DNA from: Ilumatobacteraceae bacterium
GTDB lineage: Bacteria; Actinomycetota; Acidimicrobiia; Acidimicrobiales; Ilumatobacteraceae
Length of the DNA stretch: 41,736 nucleotides
Direction: 5' to 3'
Assembly: GCA_030728545.1 (NCBI GenBank)
Contig: JANQZQ010000110.1
Span: forward strand, 14,556 to 56,291
This document shows positions 32,142 to 39,748 of this stretch, piece by piece. The notes under the pieces were generated by a model, which saw only the letters and a list, made by a program, of their open reading frames with translations, was not told the origin of the DNA and ran no database searches. Each line of letters begins with the position of its first letter. Position 1 is the stretch's first letter. The translations under genes and the position numbers were made by a program.

Positions 32142-33700
32142 GAGATGACCTCGGCACCCTTACGAGGTTTAATACCCAGCATCGAGCGAGTGGCCATGAA
32201 CTTGCTGCGGGCCAGCAGCAACATTGCCGGGCGGGTAAAGAACCACACGATCATCACGTCGGCCAGCGTTGCCAAACCAAGGAAGAATGCAAAGCCGCGC
32301 ACCGAACCGACAGTCAACCACCACAACACGGCAGCCGCCAAAAATGACACCGAGTCGGCAGCCAGGACAGTTCGCCACGCACCTTCAAAGCTGCGCTGAG
32401 CAGAATTGCGCAGCGTGCGACCTGAAGCGAGTTCGTCTTTCAGCCGCTCAAAGAACACGATGTATGAGTCAACAGCAATACCAATCGACACGATGATGCC
32501 TGCAATACCCGACAAGGACAACGCCAAACCGTTGGTTTTGGACAGGTAAGTGATGATCGAATATTGAATGCCAATCGACACTGCAAGACCGCCGAACACG
32601 ATGATTGCTACGAAGCGGTAGTACGCCAGCATCAACAAAAACACCAAGACCAAGCCGACCAAACCCGAAATGATTGCTGCGCGCAGCGAGTCGCTACCCA
32701 GAGTTGGCGACACAGTTTGCACCTGCGACACAGCAAACTTCACGGGCACGGCACCAAACTCGAGCACTCTTGCCAAGTCGCGGGCATCTTGCTCGGTGAA
32801 ATCCCCGGTGATCTGCACTTCACCACCCGAAAAAACTGCTTCTTGCACCACAGGGGCAGAAATGACTTCACCATCAAGCACGATGGCGATTTGGGCAGTG
32901 GGGCAAGTGGCATCGCGACTAAAGCAGCGTGACGTAAGGGCATTCCAGACATCGGCACCTGCGGTGCCGCCGCGAAGTTGCACCACCACAGACCAGTTAG
33001 CACCCTGAATCGTTGCCTGGGCATTATTTTCGAACACCAGCCCAGTGGCAGCAATCGGGCCAACAAGATATGCAAAACCGTCGCGCCCAAGTAGCACTTC
33101 ACTGCCCGGCGGAAGTTCTGACTGAGCTTCTGCATCAGCTGATGTTGCATCAGCTGGCGCTGCTGCAATAGTCGTCTCGGTAGCAATAGTCGTGTCAGTC
33201 GCAACTGTTGTGTCGGTCGGAATCGTCGTATCCACCATCACTCGCCCACCACGCGACTCACCGGGGCCGCCCTCGGTTGGCACGCTTGTTTCGGTTGGAA
33301 GGCTTGTCTCGGTTGTGGGTGTCGTTTCCACTTCCCCCGCGGTGGGGTCAAAGCTGCCCGATTGCAACACGGGTCGCAGGTGCAAGTCGCCCGTACGCCC
33401 CACGATGTCGAGTGCACGCTGCTGGTCTTTTACCCCAGGCAGGTTCACCACAACGGTGTCACCCTGACGAATGATTTCGGGTTCGGCTACACCAATTGCA
33501 TCAACACGCGAACGAATGATCTCGACTGCTACCTCAAGCGCAACAGCGTCGTACTCGCCCTCAGGTTGCAACGTGATTGACGCACCACCTTGCAAGTCAA
33601 GACCTAGCGACGGAGCGTCACCACTAGCGACAGTAAAGCCGACCGAAACCACGGCCACGAGCAAAATGCCAATCAGCGACGCAAGTAGTCGACGATTCAT
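32138..33700 (-). CDS. secD: Protein translocase subunit SecD
   Basis: 520 aa. N-terminal TM segment, large extracytoplasmic P1 domain, and the C-terminal 5-TM SecD/SecF block (YRFVAIIVFGGLAVS...). Confidence 0.93.
   Translation of the reverse strand: MNRRLLASLIGILLVAVVSVGFTVASGDAPSLGLDLQGGASITLQPEGEYDAVALEVAVEIIRSRVDAIGVAEPEIIRQGDTVVVNLPGVKDQQRALDIVGRTGDLHLRPVLQSGSFDPTAGEVETTPTTETSLPTETSVPTEGGPGESRGGRVMVDTTIPTDTTVATDTTIATETTIAAAPADATSADAEAQSELPPGSEVLLGRDGFAYLVGPIAATGLVFENNAQATIQGANWSVVVQLRGGTAGADVWNALTSRCFSRDATCPTAQIAIVLDGEVISAPVVQEAVFSGGEVQITGDFTEQDARDLARVLEFGAVPVKFAVSQVQTVSPTLGSDSLRAAIISGLVGLVLVFLLMLAYYRFVAIIVFGGLAVSIGIQYSIITYLSKTNGLALSLSGIAGIIVSIGIAVDSYIVFFERLKDELASGRTLRNSAQRSFEGAWRTVLAADSVSFLAAAVLWWLTVGSVRGFAFFLGLATLADVMIVWFFTRPAMLLLARSKFMATRSMLGIKPRKGAEVIS
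33131..33328 (-). repeat. Seven 18-bp in-frame repeats (hexapeptide [D/E]-T-[T/S]-x-[P/A]-[T/A]) plus a 15-bp duplication inside the secD P1 domain
   Basis: Set A covers 33161-33232 (4 units) and set B covers 33275-33328 (3 units). They encode ETTPTT ETSLPT ETSVPT ... DTTIPT DTTVAT DTTIAT ETTIAA. gcatcagctg is duplicated at 33132 and 33147. Confidence 0.9.
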
Positions 33701-33760
33701 ACAGCCACGCGCAACATTGTTTAACGAGACGCCCCAACAACTTCGGCTAACGCCAGGTTG

Positions 33761-34183
33761 TTATTGCTTGTCCTTGTTCGCATCCGAGTCGGCGTTCGTG
33801 TCCGAGTCGGCCTTCTTCGACTTCTTAGGTGCCTTGGCAGCCTTGGGTGTCACGATCGGCGTACCGTCCAGATTGACGCGACTGCCTACGGAACCCTTCA
33901 TCACCTGTACCTGTACCCCGTCAGCGATTTCTACCCACAGGTAGCGGTCCTCAATGCCGGTCACCACACCGAGGATGCCGTTGGTCAACAACACGGAGTC
34001 ATTGACTTGAATAGCCCCTTGTAGTGCGGCGGCTTCTTTCGTGCGCTTGCGCTGCGGGCGCAACAGCAAAAAGTACATCACTGCGAAAATAAGGACCAAG
34101 GGGAGCAATCCAAGGATTCCTCCGCCCGACGAAGTTGTGGTGTCTTCGGCAGCAATTATGAGGTTGAACATGGCAACTGACAC
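33761..34183 (-). CDS. yajC: Preprotein translocase subunit YajC
   Basis: TM segment plus the YajC signature LLPLVLIFAVMYFLLLRPQRKR. Lys/Asp-rich C-terminal tail. Start is the GTG at 34183 or the ATG at 34171. Confidence 0.85.
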   Translation of the reverse strand: MSVAMFNLIIAAEDTTTSSGGGILGLLPLVLIFAVMYFLLLRPQRKRTKEAAALQGAIQVNDSVLLTNGILGVVTGIEDRYLWVEIADGVQVQVMKGSVGSRVNLDGTPIVTPKAAKAPKKSKKADSDTNADSDANKDKQ

Positions 34184-34193
34184 TACCGTCGCA

Positions 34194-35291
34194 CTAGGCC
34201 CAGACGTCTAGCACTTGTTTTCGGAACGCGCCGAACGTGCCTGCCAAAATCGCACTACGCGCCTGGCCCATTAGTGCAATGGTCCACGCCAGATTGTGTA
34301 ATGACACCAATCGCGACGCAGTCGGCTCACCCACCTGGAAGAGGTGCCGCAGATAACCCCGCGAATGCACCGCGCACACTGCGCACCCACAGGTGTCATC
34401 GATGGGGCCATTGTCTTGGGTGAATTCGGCCCGCTTCAAGTTCACCCGCCCCTGCGACGTGAGAGCCGTGCCGTGGCGACCCAGACGCGTCTGCAAGACA
34501 CAGTCGAATTGGTCAACACCCAGACCGATGGCTTCGATCATCGACGCCGGATCACCAACACCCATTAGGTAACGCGGCTGGTCAGTGGGCAACTCGGCCA
34601 GAGCCGCAGCGAGTGCTGGCAGCATCTGTTCGCGCGTTTCACCAACCGACAACCCACCGATGCCGTAGCCGTCAAAATTGAGCGCTGAGATTTGTTGAGC
34701 ACTTTCGCGCCGCATGGTTTCGCTCACACCACCTTGCACAATGCCAAACAGCGATTGGTCGGTGCGCTGATGCACCGCCCGCGCTCGCGCAGCCCACATG
34801 GTGGTGCGACGCAGTGCTTCATACACCACTTCATCCGTCGATGGCAGTGGTGGGCACACATCAAGCACCATCTGAATGTCGGCGCCGAGTTTTTCTTGAG
34901 TGGACACTGCCGACTCGGGGGTGAAGCGATGCTTACTGCCGTCATAGGTGGATGCAAACGTCACGCCCTCGTCGTCAACATCGGGCTTGAGCGAAAACAC
35001 TTGGAAGCCGCCCGAGTCGGTGAGCGTCAAACCCTTCCAGCCAGCAAACGCACCGACCCCACCGAAGTGCGCCACCGTGTCGGCACCAGGGCGCAGCATG
35101 AGGTGATACGTATTGCCCAACACAATCTGGGCACCAAGTTGTTCGTAGTCGCTGGCGCTCAGATATTTCACCGCGCCGCGGGTTCCCACCGGCATGAACG
35201 TGGGCGTTACATACGTGCCCCGCGCCAGGGTGACGATGCTGGCACGCGCTGCGCCGTCAACAGCACTCACGTCTGCGTGGGCACGAAACAT
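34194..35291 (-). CDS. tgt: Queuine tRNA-ribosyltransferase
   Basis: Motifs TPTFMPVGTRGAVK and YLMGVGDP, and the zinc site CGCAVC..H. The track ORF (to 35411) overlaps queA; the ATG at 35291 lies 10 nt after the queA stop. Confidence 0.93.
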   Translation of the reverse strand: MFRAHADVSAVDGAARASIVTLARGTYVTPTFMPVGTRGAVKYLSASDYEQLGAQIVLGNTYHLMLRPGADTVAHFGGVGAFAGWKGLTLTDSGGFQVFSLKPDVDDEGVTFASTYDGSKHRFTPESAVSTQEKLGADIQMVLDVCPPLPSTDEVVYEALRRTTMWAARARAVHQRTDQSLFGIVQGGVSETMRRESAQQISALNFDGYGIGGLSVGETREQMLPALAAALAELPTDQPRYLMGVGDPASMIEAIGLGVDQFDCVLQTRLGRHGTALTSQGRVNLKRAEFTQDNGPIDDTCGCAVCAVHSRGYLRHLFQVGEPTASRLVSLHNLAWTIALMGQARSAILAGTFGAFRKQVLDVWA

Positions 35292-35301
35292 CGTCGTCAG
35301 G

Positions 35302-36324
35302 CTAGGCGTGATGGCGGTCGAGCAACATCGCATCGCCGAACGACAAAAAGCGGTACTCCTGCTCGATCGCATGGGCATACAACCGTCGCCAGCGTTCGCC
35401 GACAAACGCATCGATCATCAACAACAACGTGGTGCGTGGCATGTGAAAGTTGGTGAGCAACACATCTACATGCTGAAACGAAAACCCACGGGTGATGAAC
35501 AAATTCGTGCGCCCCGAAGCTTGGCCCGTGGCCCCGAACGACTCGAGTGCACGAGTGGCCGTGGTGCCGATGGCCACCACACGTTTTGCTGAACTGACCG
35601 CGTGCTGGGTCTCGGCGGGCACGTGATACGACTCGCTGTGGATGACGTGTTCGAGCGGGTTGTCGACGGTGATTGGCGCAAACGTGTCGAGCCCCACCAC
35701 CAGTTCGACTGAAACGACGGGGACGCCCTGCGCGCGCACTGCGGCGAGCAGTTCGGGGGTGAAATGCAGACCAGCGGTGGGGGCTGCTGCAGACTTCGGA
35801 TCGCGGGCGTACACCGTTTGATATCGGTTCGCATCGCCCAAGCGCTGCGAGATGTACGGCGGCAGCGGCATTTCACCCAAACGTTCGATGAGCGGATCCA
35901 CATCGGCGACAACAAATTCCACGCGGAAAGTGTCGCCCTGAGAGCCGCGGCCCTGCACACTCAACACTGGAGCACCGCCACCATCGTGCAGCACCTCGCC
36001 TGGCTTCATCTTTCGCCCGGGGCGAACGAGTGCCTCCCACACGCGATGTGTGGCATCGAGCGACTCGAGCAAGAGCACTTCGACTGCCCCACCAGTGGCG
36101 CGCACCAAGTGCAACCGGGCCGGCAGCACTTTGGTGTCGTTTACCACCAGCACATCGCCATCACACAGCAACTGTGCAAAGTCGCGCATCACCGCATCAC
36201 GTGGCGCACCCGACCCTTGGTCGATTAGCAGTCGCGCCGAATCACGTGGCTCGATGGGTGTCTGAGCAATGAGCTGCTCAGGCAGTTGGTAGTCGATGTC
36301 AGCGAGTTGCATTAGCCGTCGCAT
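35302..36324 (-). CDS. queA: S-adenosylmethionine:tRNA ribosyltransferase-isomerase
   Basis: Motifs DIDYQLPEQLIAQTP and VAIGTTATRALES. The ATG at 36324 overlaps the yeeE stop by 1 nt (UGAUG); the ATG at 36312 is an alternative. The track's extension to 36477 is rejected. Confidence 0.92.
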   Translation of the reverse strand: MRRLMQLADIDYQLPEQLIAQTPIEPRDSARLLIDQGSGAPRDAVMRDFAQLLCDGDVLVVNDTKVLPARLHLVRATGGAVEVLLLESLDATHRVWEALVRPGRKMKPGEVLHDGGGAPVLSVQGRGSQGDTFRVEFVVADVDPLIERLGEMPLPPYISQRLGDANRYQTVYARDPKSAAAPTAGLHFTPELLAAVRAQGVPVVSVELVVGLDTFAPITVDNPLEHVIHSESYHVPAETQHAVSSAKRVVAIGTTATRALESFGATGQASGRTNLFITRGFSFQHVDVLLTNFHMPRTTLLLMIDAFVGERWRRLYAHAIEQEYRFLSFGDAMLLDRHHA

Positions 36325-37529
36325 CACGCGCCAAAGAGGCGGTGCAGCCGCAACTTGGTGCCCGCCCAGACGGCGAATGTAACGACCACTAAAAACACGA
36401 TGCCCGAAACCGCAAACGCTTGCGTTCCCGAGAGGAGCACTCCCACGGTGCAGCCCAATGCCGTAAGTGAGCCCCAACCGAGCAGCACGCCCCCAACGAG
36501 GGCCGTGACCGAGTTGCCAACTGTTGGCTTTTGCATCTTGAAGCGTCCACCACCGACGGCTGCTGCCAGAGAGGCCACGACGAAGCCGATCACTAGCCAG
36601 CCGTTGTTGGTGATGGCTGTCGTCACTAGTGCCACGCAGCCGCGCATCATGTCGATGCCGTGGAGCACCTCCGGCAGAGCGTTTTGTGCATCCAAGTAGC
36701 TGCGACTCAGGGTGCTGAGTTGCGAAGTGACTCCCAATGGCGTGGTGCGCAAATACGCAGCGATGCCGATACCACCCACGATTGCCCCGGTTGCCACCGG
36801 CGACCAGCGACGCACAAGGACGAGTTCATAGACGTCACGGAGACTCGACAATCGACGCGCACCGTTTGAATGCGTGGTGTCGTCTGGTGAGCGATCCCAT
36901 TTCACGAACAATGCTGCAACGACAATCGCGACGAGAAGCACGATGAGCAACGACCCGGAATATCCGAACCAGCGCGGCAACCACAGGACGGGGCTTTCAC
37001 TCACCTGTTCGAGATACAAGGTGTTCCAAGTAAAGAACCCGAGACCGAAACCAATCAACGACCCAAGGAGCGCCGGAACCGCCCGCAAATATCCTTGGCC
37101 GATGCGATAAAGGTGTCCACTGATGCACGCCCCAGAAAGCACCATGCCGATTCCGAAGGCAAAGGCCCCGGCCACAAGCGGCAGGCTCACTGGCGAGATA
37201 TGCGCAGCCGGAGGCAAACCTTCGCCTTTTGGGTTCGGCAGATACAAACCGAACAAGAGCGCATACCCAATGGCGCCAACTGCAATCGCTGTAACGATGG
37301 AGTTCAACTGGCGGGTTTTGCGCTCTTCAAAGGCCTCACGAAACAAACAGAAAAAACAAAAACGTCCCCGCTCGAATGCCAAACCAAGTGCTGCACCGAT
37401 CAGCAGCGATACCGGCGCGTTCGGATCGGCGGTGTCGTTGCTCGCCAACCAGAATGCAAGCAACAGCAACCCAGCCAAAGAGCCGAGAGCAAACCAGACT
37501 GACCGAAGACTGTTGGCTGCGACGTTCAT
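36324..37529 (-). CDS. YeeE/YedE-family (TsuA-like) sulfur/thiosulfate transporter
   Basis: 401 aa from the ATG at 37529. Polytopic, with the three conserved Cys motifs of the family: ERGRFCFFCLFRE, LSGACISGHLYR and LTALGCTVGVLLSG. Two-repeat topology with a charged linker. The track's extension to 37658 overlaps the rhodanese gene and is rejected. Confidence 0.82.
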   Translation of the reverse strand: MNVAANSLRSVWFALGSLAGLLLLAFWLASNDTADPNAPVSLLIGAALGLAFERGRFCFFCLFREAFEERKTRQLNSIVTAIAVGAIGYALLFGLYLPNPKGEGLPPAAHISPVSLPLVAGAFAFGIGMVLSGACISGHLYRIGQGYLRAVPALLGSLIGFGLGFFTWNTLYLEQVSESPVLWLPRWFGYSGSLLIVLLVAIVVAALFVKWDRSPDDTTHSNGARRLSSLRDVYELVLVRRWSPVATGAIVGGIGIAAYLRTTPLGVTSQLSTLSRSYLDAQNALPEVLHGIDMMRGCVALVTTAITNNGWLVIGFVVASLAAAVGGGRFKMQKPTVGNSVTALVGGVLLGWGSLTALGCTVGVLLSGTQAFAVSGIVFLVVVTFAVWAGTKLRLHRLFGA

Positions 37530-37545
37530 CCCAGCCAACAGTCTT
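37506..37545 (-). promoter_or_regulatory. Perfect 14-bp inverted repeat (12-nt spacer) enclosing the yeeE start codon; predicted mRNA hairpin
   Basis: Plus-strand aagactgttggctg (37506-37519) and cagccaacagtctt (37532-37545) are exact reverse complements. The spacer cgacgttcatcc contains the start codon (cat at 37527-37529). The RNA is AAGACUGUUGGCUG-GGAUGAACGUCG-CAGCCAACAGUCUU. Confidence 0.6.
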
Positions 37546-37575
37546 GTGGATTCTTCGCAATCAATCGAGACGAAC

Positions 37576-38553
37576 TCAGCCCCTACCCCAAACGGTGCCG
37601 GTGGGGTTGGCGATTGGCACACCGACTGAGTTGCCGTATTCGGTCCATGAACCGTCATACAGCTTCACTTCGTAGCCCAGGATTTCGCTCAGGACGAACC
37701 ACGTGTGGGCAGCACGCTCACCGATGCGGCAGTACACCGTGATCCTCTTTTTGCCATTGATGCCTTTGGCGTCATAGATGGCCTTCAACTCGGCAGCTGG
37801 ACGGAACGTGCCATCTGGCGCCACGGCAGCAGTCCATGGAATGTTTTGAGCACCAGGGATATGCCCGGCTCGAATGGCCAGTTCTTGGAAGCCTGCTGGA
37901 GCAAAAATCTTTCCACTGAACTCGTCAGCCGAGCGAATGTCGACCAACTTGGTCGTGCGGTCCACCTTGGATGCAATCTTCACTACATCAACCAGACGTG
38001 CTCGCAAGTTACGGTTGGCCGCCGTGGCAACGAAATTGCCAGCGCGCAACCTGGGCACGGCGGGCGAGAGTGCGCGACCATCCTTCACCCACTTGTCGCG
38101 GCCACCGTTCAAGATGCTCACGTCAGCGTGGCCGTAGGTACGGAAAATCCACACACCCCAGGCTGCAAACCAATTGTTCTTGTCGCCGTACAACACCACT
38201 TTTGTGTCTTTGTTGATTCCAGCAGCACGCGCTGCTTTTTGAAATTGGGCTTGGCTAGCAATGTCGCGGTTGATGGGGTCTACGAACTCGGTGTGCCAGC
38301 GGAAGTTGACCGCATTCGGGATATGGCCTTTTTCGTACACGCCAGGGTCGGTACTGACTTCGATGATGCGCACCTTCGGGTTGTTCAAGTTTGCTTCCAA
38401 CCAGGCCGCTTCTACGATCGTGGCACGGGGGGTCTTGGCTGCTGCGGTGTGGTTCGCAGCTTGGGCTGCCGATGGCACAATCAGGGCAATCAGTGGAACC
38501 ATCAGCCAGCGCAACGCGGTGCGCTTGCCAGAGGTGAGCGTGAGGTTTGACAT
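37576..38553 (-). CDS. Two-domain rhodanese (thiosulfate sulfurtransferase-like) with N-terminal Sec signal peptide
   Basis: 325 aa from the ATG at 38553. Signal peptide MSNLTLTSGKRTALRWLMVPLIALIVPSAAQA|AN (38458-38553). Tandem rhodanese domains with catalytic loop CRIGERAAH (Cys codon 37729-37731). The TTG-extended track ORF (to 38649) is rejected because that segment has AT-rich third positions unlike the flanking genes. Confidence 0.85.
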   Translation of the reverse strand: MSNLTLTSGKRTALRWLMVPLIALIVPSAAQAANHTAAAKTPRATIVEAAWLEANLNNPKVRIIEVSTDPGVYEKGHIPNAVNFRWHTEFVDPINRDIASQAQFQKAARAAGINKDTKVVLYGDKNNWFAAWGVWIFRTYGHADVSILNGGRDKWVKDGRALSPAVPRLRAGNFVATAANRNLRARLVDVVKIASKVDRTTKLVDIRSADEFSGKIFAPAGFQELAIRAGHIPGAQNIPWTAAVAPDGTFRPAAELKAIYDAKGINGKKRITVYCRIGERAAHTWFVLSEILGYEVKLYDGSWTEYGNSVGVPIANPTGTVWGRG

Positions 38554-38578
38554 GTGGATTTCTACTTTCTTGAGGCGA

Positions 38579-38616
38579 GGAATCGATGCGAAATCAATTC
38601 CGACTATTTTGGTCGG
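38579..38616 (-). promoter_or_regulatory. Two adjacent leader hairpins upstream of the rhodanese start
   Basis: RNA GGAAUUGAU-UUCGC-AUCGAUUCC (9-bp stem including one G.U pair; plus 38579-38601). RNA CCGAC-CAAAAUA-GUCGG (plus 38600-38616). Neither is followed by a U tract. Confidence 0.45.
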
Positions 38617-38620
38617 CTTT

Positions 38621-38649
38621 ACCGTAATCAGCCCTGGGCCTAAATCCAA
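38621..38649 (-). promoter_or_regulatory. Candidate promoter for the rhodanese-yeeE unit (weak)
   Basis: Minus strand reads TTGGAT (38649-38644), N17, TACGGT (38626-38621). This gives a TTG at -35 and a TAnnnT actinobacterial-style -10. Eye-matched only. Confidence 0.25.
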
Positions 38650-38657
38650 CCTATTTG

Positions 38658-38670
38658 GTCAACAATTGAC
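38658..38670. promoter_or_regulatory. Palindrome GTCAA-N3-TTGAC (possible operator)
   Basis: gtcaacaattgac lies in the low-GC ruvB-rhodanese spacer. Confidence 0.3.
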
Positions 38671-38680
38671 AGGAGCAGTA

Positions 38681-38733
38681 AAACAGGCCCAAACAGCAGG
38701 GCTGGACAACAGGGCTAGATGAGCAGGGCTAGA
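38681..38733 (-). repeat. Four tandem 13-14-bp repeats overlapping the ruvB stop codon
   Basis: Minus strand reads TCTAGCCCTGCTCA / TCTAGCCCTGTTG / TCCAGCCCTGCTG / TTTGGGCCTGTTT. The core cagggct occurs at 38697, 38710 and 38724 on the plus strand. An inverted copy, agccctgggcc, lies at 38630-38640. Confidence 0.8.
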
Positions 38734-39748
38734 ACAGTTCTGGCGAGCGATCGGGCGGGGTCAGGCCCAGATGCTCATACGCCGCGGTGGTGGCCACCCG
38801 GCCCCGCGGTGTGCGCGCCAAGAGACCTTCCCGAATTAAAAACGGCTCGTAGACGTCTTCGATGGTTTCGGTCTGCTCGCTGACTGCGATGGCCAACGTC
38901 GACAACCCCACCGGCCCACCACCAAAACGCTCACAGATGATCTGTAGCACCGAGCGATCCACTTTGTCGAGCCCCAAGCGGTCAACGCCAAACACTCGCA
39001 GCGCTTCGTCGGCAACGGCTGCCGTCACTGCCCCACTGTTGCGCACCTGGGCAAAGTCGCGCACGCGGCGCAGCAACCTGTTGGCGATGCGGGGCGTGCC
39101 CCGTGAACGCGAAGCAATTTCGTGGGCTGCATCGTGATCAATGGCGACATCCAAGATGCCAGCTGCTCGCTGCACGATTTGGCGCAGCTCATCGGGTTCG
39201 TAATACTCGAGCCGCGTGACCAACCCAAAGCGGTCGCGCAGTGGCCCGGTGATCATGCCCGTGCGTGTGGTGGCGCCAATCAACGTGAAGCGCGGCAACG
39301 TGAGGCGAATCGATGATGCTGCTGGGCCCTTGCCAACGACGATGTCGATTTGAAAATCTTCCATGGCCGGATACAGGATTTCTTCGACCACCCGCGACAA
39401 GCGATGCACCTCATCAATGAACAGCACGTCGCGCTCTTCGAGCTTGGTGAGAATCGCCGCCAGATCCCCGGCGCGCTCTAAGGCGGGGCCCGAAGTGACG
39501 TGGAACTTGGCTCCCATCTCGGCCGCCACGATGCCGGCCATCGTGGTCTTGCCCAAGCCGGGCGGCCCCGCGAGCAACAGGTGGTCGGCTGCTTCGTTGC
39601 GCTGACGGGCTGCTTCGAGCACGATTGCTAGATGTTTTTTGAGTTCTTGCTGACCCACGAAATCTGCCAACTTGCGCGGTCGCAACGCGCTGTCGGTGCG
39701 CTGGTCGTGGTCGTCGCGAGCAATCGGGTCGACGAATTCTTCACGCAC
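38729..39748 (-). CDS. ruvB: Holliday junction branch migration helicase RuvB
   Basis: 339 aa. Walker [15 protein letters not shown] and Walker [13 protein letters not shown] start overlaps the ruvA 3' end by 8 nt. Confidence 0.97.
   Translation of the reverse strand: MREEFVDPIARDDHDQRTDSALRPRKLADFVGQQELKKHLAIVLEAARQRNEAADHLLLAGPPGLGKTTMAGIVAAEMGAKFHVTSGPALERAGDLAAILTKLEERDVLFIDEVHRLSRVVEEILYPAMEDFQIDIVVGKGPAASSIRLTLPRFTLIGATTRTGMITGPLRDRFGLVTRLEYYEPDELRQIVQRAAGILDVAIDHDAAHEIASRSRGTPRIANRLLRRVRDFAQVRNSGAVTAAVADEALRVFGVDRLGLDKVDRSVLQIICERFGGGPVGLSTLAIAVSEQTETIEDVYEPFLIREGLLARTPRGRVATTAAYEHLGLTPPDRSPELF

Noticed and set aside
33131-33328. Periodic 18-bp repeats considered as a possible CRISPR or other non-coding array
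   Set aside because: The units are contiguous with no spacers, in-frame, and lie inside the intact secD reading frame. They are a coding hexapeptide repeat.
37340-37365. A-rich run (U-rich on the mRNA) considered as a terminator or slippery site inside yeeE
   Set aside because: It is simply the codons for the conserved RFCFFCLF Cys motif. No GC-rich hairpin precedes it.
37705-38550. 281-aa plus-strand ORF opposite the rhodanese gene
   Set aside because: It is antisense to a gene with clear rhodanese motifs. It has no motifs, no SD and no plus-strand neighbours.
38554-38649. TTG-initiated 32-aa N-terminal extension of the rhodanese
   Set aside because: Third codon positions here are mostly A/T (TTA, ATT, GTA, AAA, ATA, GGA), unlike the surrounding genes. 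The extension would bury the signal peptide. The segment also contains the leader hairpins, so I treat it as non-coding.
38666-38671. Perfect TTGACA -35 hexamer on the plus strand
   Set aside because: No acceptable -10 lies at 16-18 bp, and the window has no plus-strand gene to drive. It forms half of the GTCAA-N3-TTGAC palindrome instead.
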